DNA from: Escherichia coli
GTDB taxonomy: Bacteria > Pseudomonadota > Gammaproteobacteria > Enterobacterales > Enterobacteriaceae
Direction: 5' to 3' (one strand)
DNA: 64,000 nucleotides
NCBI RefSeq assembly: GCF_003790525.1
Contig: NZ_CP033633.1
Shown: positions 51,855 to 64,000 of the stretch, one piece after another
How the letters are laid out: each line of letters opens with the position of its first letter
Numbering within the stretch: position 1 is the stretch's first letter
Made by a program: the position numbers and the translations under genes
Notes under the pieces: model-generated
What the model saw: only the letters and a program-made list of their open reading frames with translations
The model's database searches: none
Told to the model about the DNA's origin: nothing

Positions 51855-52703
51855 ATGAATCAGACTTTACCCACTGCTGACCTGAATACTGCCGGCACGA
51901 CAGATGTTATTCCGTCTGTGGCTATCGACCGCATCATCGCGCAGCGTAACGAAGGTATTGCACTGTTCATGCAGGCGATGGAATGCCTGGCGACAGCGCG
52001 CAGGATTCTGCTCGATGCGTCAGGTGATATTTTTCTTTACGGGTTTGAAGACTGCGTGACTGATTCCGTTCGTCGCATGGATAAACCGGAAGAAGCGAAA
52101 AGGAATATCACCCGTCTTGCCGACCGGAAAATCTGGGACCGCCTGATGACAGATACGGGCATGTACACCTTCATGAGTTCATGCCAGCGTGATGAGTGGA
52201 ACAGCCAGCTGATGAGCGACACCTGTCCTGAAATCATCCTGGACAATGTACTGGCAACATTCCGCCATCTGAATGCCAGCAAAATGCAGACATTTGAACA
52301 GGGACTGATTGATGTCTACCGGAAATTGTCATGGGATTACAGAACCAATAATCCCTGCCGTCTGGGCAAGAGAATCATTATTGAAAACCTGCTGTACCGC
52401 TGGAGTAACGGGCGTGTGACGCTGGACTGCAGCGGGCGGGAGGCACTGGATGACCTGGTACGTCCGTTTTATCTGCTGGATGGGCGCAACATTCCTGACT
52501 TCCGGAGCAGCATCGGGGCGCAGTATGGTGAATTTCTCGGGAACGGCGACAATGTCGGTAAGCTGTTAGAAGGGGAATATTTTACGGTGCGTGGCTACCA
52601 GAAAGGGACCGTACACATTGTCTTTAAGCGTTCTGACCTTGTTGAAAAACTGAATGATATTATTGCACGGCATTATCCTGGTGCATTGCCGCCACGAGTC
52701 TGA
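51855..52703 (+). CDS. hypothetical leading-region protein
   Basis: 282 aa from ATG 51855 (MNQTLPTADLNTAGT...); SD gaggag 8 nt upstream; last co-oriented gene before the oriT region. Confidence 0.55.
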   Translation: MNQTLPTADLNTAGTTDVIPSVAIDRIIAQRNEGIALFMQAMECLATARRILLDASGDIFLYGFEDCVTDSVRRMDKPEEAKRNITRLADRKIWDRLMTDTGMYTFMSSCQRDEWNSQLMSDTCPEIILDNVLATFRHLNASKMQTFEQGLIDVYRKLSWDYRTNNPCRLGKRIIIENLLYRWSNGRVTLDCSGREALDDLVRPFYLLDGRNIPDFRSSIGAQYGEFLGNGDNVGKLLEGEYFTVRGYQKGTVHIVFKRSDLVEKLNDIIARHYPGALPPRV

Positions 52704-52788
52704 TTAAACAGAAAAGCCCTGGTATTTATGCCGGGGCTTTTTTTTCTGTAATCATCATAATCTCAGAACATGATGTGACATTGTCACA

Positions 52789-53124
52789 TCAATTGTTGTT
52801 CATATCGATGCCATCTTTTCTGCCTGAATCTGTCTTTTTAGGTGCTGTTTTAGAGGAAGAACGGCGGGATGGTTTTTTCGATTCTGCTTCCCGAATAATG
52901 TCACGAAGTGCCTTCTCTCCTACTTCATACCCTGCATTTTTGAGCGTGTCACGAACATCTGCCAGTGTATAACCCTTTGTCCTTACCAGGACAATGATGT
53001 CATCACGAATGGCATCAAGAAAATCACGCAATGTTTTCCGTTGAGCGGTGAGGTCCGGCAATTCCGATAAGGCAGATTTTGCCAGCTGGATGTCATCATC
53101 TGAGTAAAATTTTTTAGAAGCCAT
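52789..53124 (-). CDS. hypothetical protein adjacent to oriT (basic C-terminal tail)
   Basis: 111 aa from ATG 53124 (MASKKFYSDDDIQLAKS...); SD ggagag upstream on minus strand. Confidence 0.45.
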   Translation of the reverse strand: MASKKFYSDDDIQLAKSALSELPDLTAQRKTLRDFLDAIRDDIIVLVRTKGYTLADVRDTLKNAGYEVGEKALRDIIREAESKKPSRRSSSKTAPKKTDSGRKDGIDMNNN

Positions 53125-53139
53125 TAGCACTTTCTCTCC

Positions 53140-53350
53140 GTTTCATGTTGAAGTCTGATTTTATCATCAAAAACTGACTCCTGGCAGGGCTGCGCCCTGC
53201 CTCTGCCGTCTGCATAAGACTATGATGCACAAAAATAACAGGCTATAATGGCCTGAAAAACGGGACAGGATGTGTAATCGTATAACCGCGCACGCACGGC
53301 TATACGATTACCACCTGGTCAGGGCTTTGCCCCGACACCCTGGTAAGGAG
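53140..53350. promoter_or_regulatory. candidate origin of transfer (oriT) with inverted repeats, upstream of nikA-like gene
   Basis: IR GGCAGGGC-TGC-GCCCTGCC (53183-53201) and perfect 11-bp IR GTAATCGTATA-N14-TATACGATTAC (53273-53308). Confidence 0.4.
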
Positions 53351-53356
53351 CAGACC

Positions 53357-53689
53357 ATGAGTGAGAAGAAAAACCGAAGTGGTAGTGAGAAACGGCAAAA
53401 GAATGTCCTCATTGCTGTTCGTTTTTCACCAGAAGAGGCTGATATTGTTAAAGAAAAGGCAGAAAAAAACGGACTGACAGTTTCAACTCTGATAAGAAAA
53501 ACTGTGCTGGGAAAACAGATAAATGCCCGCATTGACGAAGATTTTTTGAAAGAGCTGATGCGTCTTGGTCGCCTGCAGAAGCATCTGTTTGTGGAAGGAA
53601 AACGCACGGGAGATAAAGAGTATGCAGAGGTTCTCGTTGCTATTACAGAACTTGCTAATACTCTGCGAAGAGATTTAATGGGACGCTGA
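53357..53689 (+). CDS. nikA: relaxosome accessory protein (NikA/MbeC-like ribbon-helix-helix)
   Basis: 110 aa; MSEKKNRSGSEKRQKNVLIAVRFSPEEADIVKEKAEKNGLTVSTLIRK...; immediately precedes the relaxase. Confidence 0.65.
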   Translation: MSEKKNRSGSEKRQKNVLIAVRFSPEEADIVKEKAEKNGLTVSTLIRKTVLGKQINARIDEDFLKELMRLGRLQKHLFVEGKRTGDKEYAEVLVAITELANTLRRDLMGR

Positions 53690-53700
53690 GATAATCGCTG

Positions 53701-56403
53701 ATGAATGCCATCATTCCGAAAAAAAGACGCGACGGAAAGTCTTCTTTTGAAGACCTGATTGCGTACACCTCAGTGCGGGATGATGTGCCGGAAGATGAAC
53801 TCAGGCCAGACACGGAAATGAAAGCTGAGATTCCGCACCGGAACCGCTTCAGACGTCTTGTTGATTATGCAACACGTCTGCGTAATGAAAAATTTGTTTC
53901 CCTGATTGATGTGATGAAAGACGGCAGTCAGTGGGTGAATTTCTATGGTGTGACCTGCTTTCATAACTGTTTGTCTCTTGAATCTGCGGCTGAAGAAATG
54001 CAGAAAGCAGCAGACCTTGCTCATTTTTCCAAAGATGATACAGATCCTGTTTTTCACTATATTCTCTCCTGGCCTGCGCACGAAAGTCCGCGTTCTGAGC
54101 AGCTTTTTGACTGTGTGCGTCACACCCTGAAATCCCTTGAGCTGTCAAAACATCAGTATGTGGCAGCCGTTCATACAGACACGGATAACCTGCATGTACA
54201 TGTTGCAGTGAATCGTGTCCACCCTGAAACCGGCTATATCAATTGCCTTCCGTGGAGCCAGGAAAAACTCAGCCGTGCATGTCGTGAACTTGAACTTAAG
54301 CACGGATTCGCGCCTGATAATGGCTGCTTTGTGCATGCACCCGGCAACCGTATTGTGCGCAAAACAGCGCTGGTACGTGAGCGCCGTAATGCCTGGCGAC
54401 GCGGGAAAAAGCAGACGTTCAGGGAATATATTGCGCAGATGTCGATTGCCGGGCTGCGTGAAGAGCCCGCACAGGACTGGTTATCTTTGCATAAACGGCT
54501 GGCCAGTGATGGTCTGTATATCACGATGCAGGAAGGGGAACTGGTGGTGAAGGATGGCTGGGACAGAGCGCGGGAAGGTGTTGCACTCAGTTCGTTCGGA
54601 CCGTCATGGACAGCTGAAAAACTGGGGCGGAAACTGGGGGAATATCAGCCTGTACCGACAGATATTTTCAGTCAGGTGGGGGCACCCGGTCGTTATGATC
54701 CGGAAGCCATTAACGTGGATATCCGGCCGGAAAAAGTGGCAGAAACGGAGAGTCTGAAACAGTACGCCTGTCGTCACTTTGCTGAACGCTTACCGAAAAT
54801 GGCGCGAAATGGTGAACTGAAAAGTTGCCTGGCTGTACACCGTACTCTGGCAGAGGCGGGATTATGGATGGGGATTCAGCACGGGCATCTGGTACTGCAT
54901 GATGGATTTGAACCACAGCAGACGCCGGTTCGTGCAGACAGTATATGGCCGTTGTTAACGCTGGAAAATATCAGAAAACTGAATGGCGGCTGGCAGTCTG
55001 TACCGAAGGATATTTTTACTCAGGTTGTACCACAAAGTCGCTTTAGTGGGCATCGAATGGATATGCATCCGGTCAGTGATCATGAATGGCACAGAATGAG
55101 AACAGGGGCTGGCCCACAGGGGGCAATTAAGCGGGAGATTTTCTCTGACAAAGAGAGTCTGTGGGGATATGCAGTCAGCCATTGTGCCCGTGATATTCAG
55201 TACATGATCTCTGAAGGGCGCTTTAGCTGGCAGAACTGCCATGAACTGTTTGCCCGCAGTGGACTGATGTTACAGAAACTGCATCATGGTCTTGTGATTG
55301 TGGATGCGTTTAATCATGACCAGACACCGGTTAAAGCCAGCAGCATTCATCCGGATTTGACTTTGTCCAGAGCAGAGCCGCAGGCCGGGCCATTTGAAAT
55401 TGCAGCGGCGGATATTTTCGATCGGGTGAAGCCTGAAAGCCGTTATAACCCTGATATGGCTGTCAGTGACAGTAAGGAACCCGGGTTTAAACGGGATCCT
55501 GAATTGCGCCGCCGTCGTCGTGAAACCCGTGCAGCTGCGCGGGAAGATTTACGTGCGCGTTACCTTGCATGGAAGGAGCACTGGCGTAAACCCGATTTAC
55601 GTTACGGCGAACGGTTACGGGAAGTTCATGCTGCCTGCCGCCGGCGCAAGGCGCATATCCGCGTACAGTTCAGGGATCCGCAAGTGCGTAAGCTGCATTA
55701 CCATATTGCGGAAGTGCAGCGAATGCAGGCGCTGATCAGGCTGAAGGAAAGCGTCAGGGAAGAGCGACTGTCGCTGATGGCGGAAGGTAAGTGGTACCCG
55801 CTGTCTTACAGGCAGTGGGTGGAGCAGATGGCGGTTCAGGGGGATTCTGCTGCTGTATCTCAGTTACGTGGATGGAATTATCGCGACAGAAGGAATGATG
55901 AGGTGCTTTTAACCACGCCTCAACGCTGTGTGGTTCTTTGTGAACCAGGCTCCACCCCGATTCACAGGGATATCGGTGGCATGGTGGCGACTTTGCAGCG
56001 TAATGGCAGTGTGCGTTTCCGTGATGCGACAACAGGAGAGTACGTCTGTACAGATTATGGTGATCGCGTTGTTTTCAGCAACAGTGCCGATAACAAAACA
56101 CTGAAGAAAAGGATGGTCAGGGTGTCCAGTGTGCTTTTTGCAAGGGATCCCCGAATGGGGTTTGAGCCGGAAGGTCAGGATGCACAATTTAACCGTATGT
56201 TTGCTGATATGGTTGCGTGGAAAAACGTGCAGCGGGATGAGCGTAAGGGGCACTACAGGATAAGTCGTTCTGATGTTGATCAACTGAGGGTCAGTAGTGA
56301 AAAACGTTTTCGTGATTATCTTAAAGGGCGTGATACTGAATCACACACTTACCATCATGCAACGGATGAAAATAAGTGGGAGCCGCCATCACCGGGGATG
56401 TAA
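53701..56403 (+). CDS. nikB: MOBP-type conjugative relaxase (NikB-like)
   Basis: 900 aa; relaxase His-triad motif AAVHTDTDNLHVHVAVNRV in N-terminal domain; size and context match IncI1 NikB. Confidence 0.75.
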   Translation: MNAIIPKKRRDGKSSFEDLIAYTSVRDDVPEDELRPDTEMKAEIPHRNRFRRLVDYATRLRNEKFVSLIDVMKDGSQWVNFYGVTCFHNCLSLESAAEEMQKAADLAHFSKDDTDPVFHYILSWPAHESPRSEQLFDCVRHTLKSLELSKHQYVAAVHTDTDNLHVHVAVNRVHPETGYINCLPWSQEKLSRACRELELKHGFAPDNGCFVHAPGNRIVRKTALVRERRNAWRRGKKQTFREYIAQMSIAGLREEPAQDWLSLHKRLASDGLYITMQEGELVVKDGWDRAREGVALSSFGPSWTAEKLGRKLGEYQPVPTDIFSQVGAPGRYDPEAINVDIRPEKVAETESLKQYACRHFAERLPKMARNGELKSCLAVHRTLAEAGLWMGIQHGHLVLHDGFEPQQTPVRADSIWPLLTLENIRKLNGGWQSVPKDIFTQVVPQSRFSGHRMDMHPVSDHEWHRMRTGAGPQGAIKREIFSDKESLWGYAVSHCARDIQYMISEGRFSWQNCHELFARSGLMLQKLHHGLVIVDAFNHDQTPVKASSIHPDLTLSRAEPQAGPFEIAAADIFDRVKPESRYNPDMAVSDSKEPGFKRDPELRRRRRETRAAAREDLRARYLAWKEHWRKPDLRYGERLREVHAACRRRKAHIRVQFRDPQVRKLHYHIAEVQRMQALIRLKESVREERLSLMAEGKWYPLSYRQWVEQMAVQGDSAAVSQLRGWNYRDRRNDEVLLTTPQRCVVLCEPGSTPIHRDIGGMVATLQRNGSVRFRDATTGEYVCTDYGDRVVFSNSADNKTLKKRMVRVSSVLFARDPRMGFEPEGQDAQFNRMFADMVAWKNVQRDERKGHYRISRSDVDQLRVSSEKRFRDYLKGRDTESHTYHHATDENKWEPPSPGM

Positions 56404-56471
56404 AAATCATGTAGACAGGGTGATTAAATCACCGTAATGTGTCCTCGTTGTGTATACATTATGGGGGAGAT

Positions 56472-56720
56472 ATGCGAACACAGGTGACACTGCAAAAATG
56501 GGGCAACAGTATTGCTCTCCGGTTAACCGGAAATCTGAAAACCGTGCCGGGTTTTTCGGCAGGAGATGTGGTTGATGTGGAAATCAGTGAGAAAGGATTG
56601 ATCGTGGAAAAACCGGTGAGACCTCGTCTTACAGAGGCTGTATTGCTTGCGGGGCTGACGCCATTTTCCGCGCATGCAGATGAAGCTGCCACTCTTCTTG
56701 ATAAGGAGAGTGAGTTCTGA
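56472..56720 (+). CDS. MazE/PemI-like antitoxin (AbrB/SpoVT fold)
   Basis: 82 aa MRTQVTLQKWGNSIALRLTGNL...; stop overlaps toxin start. Confidence 0.65.
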   Translation: MRTQVTLQKWGNSIALRLTGNLKTVPGFSAGDVVDVEISEKGLIVEKPVRPRLTEAVLLAGLTPFSAHADEAATLLDKESEF

Positions 56721-57064
56721 TGTTTGTTCCAAAGCGTGGTGATATTTGCTGGCTTGATTTTGAACCCCAAAAAGGAAAAGAAATTGGCAAATATCGTCCG
56801 GCATTAATCCTGTCCCATGAGCAATATAATCGTTTAACAGGGCTTGTCATATGCTGCCCTGTCAGTACGAGTATCCGGGGCGCTCCAACAGAGGTTCCTG
56901 TTACTAATCTCGATGCACCAAGTGTGGTGGCCACAACGCTCATACAGACACTTGACTGGCGGCAAAGGCAAGTGCGTTTAATTACGGAAGCAGAAGAGGG
57001 CGTATTTGATGAGGTGCTTGAGAGAGTGATCACTCTGATTGGTGGTGAACATTTACTGAAGTGA
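56720..57064 (+). CDS. MazF/PemK-like endoribonuclease toxin
   Basis: 114 aa MFVPKRGDICWLDFEPQKGKEIGKYRPALILSHEQYN... Confidence 0.8.
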   Translation: MFVPKRGDICWLDFEPQKGKEIGKYRPALILSHEQYNRLTGLVICCPVSTSIRGAPTEVPVTNLDAPSVVATTLIQTLDWRQRQVRLITEAEEGVFDEVLERVITLIGGEHLLK

Positions 57065-57068
57065 AGGA

Positions 57069-57321
57069 GCCTGTTTAAGATTCTGTGTAAATGCCTTTCT
57101 CAGAAGTGACCGTCCAGGCGGTCACCGAACTCGATAATAAAGCGGCTCATTGCCATTCGCCAGTCCTTCAACGGCATCGTCCATTTCCGGGACGCAGACT
57201 GGATTGCCAGCCACACCACTTTTTTCACCGAGTCCGTCTGTCGGGAACACTTTACGCTTTTTGATCGCATGGCGGATCACGCTGTTTAGCGACTCGATGG
57301 CATTCGTCGTATAGATCACTT
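57069..57321 (-). mobile_element. IS256-family element fragment, copy 3 (terminal ~250 bp, cut by IS629)
   Basis: Same end sequence as 5245 and 10491; ORF 57122-57319 encodes the transposase C-terminus. Confidence 0.6.
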
Positions 57322-57375
57322 TGAACCGCCCCGGAAATCCTGGAGACTAAACTTCCTGAGAAAGATGTAAACAGG

Positions 57376-57702
57376 ATGACTAAAAATACTCGTTTTTCCC
57401 CCGAAGTCCGTCAACGGGCAGTTCGTATGGTTCTGGAAAGCCAGGGCGAATATGACTCACAATGGGCGGCAATTTGTTCCATTGCTCCAAAGATTGGCTG
57501 TACGCCAGAGACCCTGCGTGTCTGGGTTCGCCAGCATGAGCGGGATACCGGGGGCGGTGATGGTGGGCTCACCACCGCTGAACGTCAGCGTCTGAAAGAG
57601 CTGGAACGCGAAAATCGTGAACTGCGCCGCAGTAACGATATCCTTCGCCAGGCTTCCGCTTATTTTGCGAAGGCGGAGTTCGACCGCCTCTGGAAAAAAT
57701 AA
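57376..57702 (+). CDS. IS629 transposase OrfA (variant)
   Basis: 108 aa, one substitution relative to copies 1 and 2. Confidence 0.8.
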   Translation: MTKNTRFSPEVRQRAVRMVLESQGEYDSQWAAICSIAPKIGCTPETLRVWVRQHERDTGGGDGGLTTAERQRLKELERENRELRRSNDILRQASAYFAKAEFDRLWKK

Positions 57703-58095
57703 TGCCACTGCTGGATAAGCTGCGTGAGCTGCAGTGAGCTGCATATTGCCCCGTCAACGTATTACCACTGTCAGCAACAGCAGCATCATCCTGATAAACG
57801 CAGCGCCCGTGCGCAGCGTGATGACTGGCTGAAGAAAGAGATACAGCGCGTATACGATGAAAATCACCAGGTGTACGGTGTGCGTAAAGTCTGGCGTCAG
57901 TTGTTACGGGAAGGTATCAGAGTGGCCAGATGCACTGTGACACGTCTTATGGCGGTTATGGGTTTTGCCGATGTTCTCCGGGGTAAAAGGTCCGCATTAC
58001 CGTCAGCCGGAAAGCCGTTGCCGCAGGCGACCGCGTAAACCGTCATTTCGTGGCAGAACGTCCTGACCAGCTGTGGGTGGCTGATTTTACTTACG

Positions 58096-60835
<2,740 letters not shown>

Positions 60836-61366
60836 TGAGTTAACAGACAAAACATTCTCCAGGAAACCCGGGGCGGTTCATATCGCCAGAAAAGCTTTCA
60901 CAACGCCTGTGAGCATATCCAGAACAAAAACGAAAAAATCCTTGTTCGTTCTTAAAAATCGCGTTAGAACTCCTTTGAGCGTGTTCTGCGACTGTGTCTT
61001 GTGTTGGCATGCGTAAACGGGAGCCGCAGTTCGCGCTCACCCTCCCATCTGTATTTCACCTGACGACACGGTTCTTCGTTACGTTCCTTCGGTGAGTGAG
61101 TGCCTGTGCGTCAGGGTAACGCAAAGTGTTCAGGTTTTGCGGGGTGTCAAGTCGGTTAGACTAACCGACCGCAGAATTAACTATACCTCTGAAGGTCTCC
61201 CCCGATATATCTGCCTGTCAGATATGTCGCCGATTCGGCATATCACTACATTAAACTCCTTAAAAAACAATGATGCTATGTTGACTGACGGTTTTTCGGA
61301 AGTCTGACCGGAGAGACGTCAGTACGAAACAGAATGAAGTTGAAAAAACGATCACGTCAGGTCACT

Positions 61367-63438
<2,072 letters not shown>

Positions 63439-64000
63439 TTATGCCGTGCGCACAGTCATAAGAAGCTCATGCAGAAAGCATGTAAATTTTTTAAGACGCA
63501 GATATATAAGGTATTTTCGCCATTCTGCGAGGGGAAAACTCGTAAGTTTCATAACACAAAAATTGTACGGGTAATCCGAAGGTAAAAATAACGTACCTCA
63601 ATCACCAGCTACTGGTGACATCCGTTTCCAGAGGCTAAACGGATGTTGCCGCCATACAGGCATCCTCTTCCAGGCTCATGGGATATTGCAGTCACCCGAA
63701 GGCGCTTCTCTCAGACCTCCGGGAGATTGGTTGGTCGCCGGAGCGACAGATATTCAAAAGGCATTTTGCTCCATGAGAACAAAAAATCAACAGTATTCTA
63801 GACAAGGAACCGGAGACAGGCTAAAAAAACTGTGGGCGCGTTTCTGGCAGTCAAGAAAACCATGGGGTTAGTAAGATTATGCAACAGGAGCCAGGAACGC
63901 GTTCCGCTTCTTCTGTAAGAGGCGCTCAGAATGTGCTTAATGCTTCTTTTAATGGTATCAGAGATGAACGGGCCTGAGTCATTCCGGCAGGTTATAGCGT

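Noticed and set aside
53770-56283. Minus-strand ORFs inside the relaxase gene
   Set aside because: Antisense to a 900-aa gene with relaxase motifs; no independent support

Overview
Mosaic plasmid-type accessory DNA from an enterobacterial host (E. coli/Klebsiella-like), read from sequence only; no database search was possible, so all family assignments come from recognised motifs and remembered homologues. Left part (1-30 kb): IS-saturated cargo with an AT-rich autotransporter, nested IS256-family/IS66-family/IS629 insertions, a RelE/ParE toxin-antitoxin pair, a resolvase with res-like palindromes, a high-GC ABC transporter plus MFS block, an IS1-bracketed secreted EEP-family nuclease/phosphatase gene, a relaxase fragment, VapBC and an acetyltransferase. 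Middle (30-39 kb): plasmid maintenance backbone with ccdAB-resD, a double partition locus (ParA/ParB-type plus parMR) and an umuDC-like operon. Right part (39-57 kb): an IncI1-like conjugative leading region (klcA-like, ssb, ParB-like nuclease, psiB, psiA, ardA, an Rpn-family nuclease and several unknown ORFs) punctuated by two families of long structured non-coding repeats, then a candidate oriT and a nikA/nikB-like relaxase module and a MazEF/PemIK-like pair. The window ends with an IS629 copy carrying a group II intron and an IS100-like element. The most interesting item is the Rpn-like nuclease gene followed by two orphan copies of its own C-terminal tail, all carrying variable 12-bp repeats. 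Several genes carry frameshifts or premature stops that could be real decay or sequencing errors.
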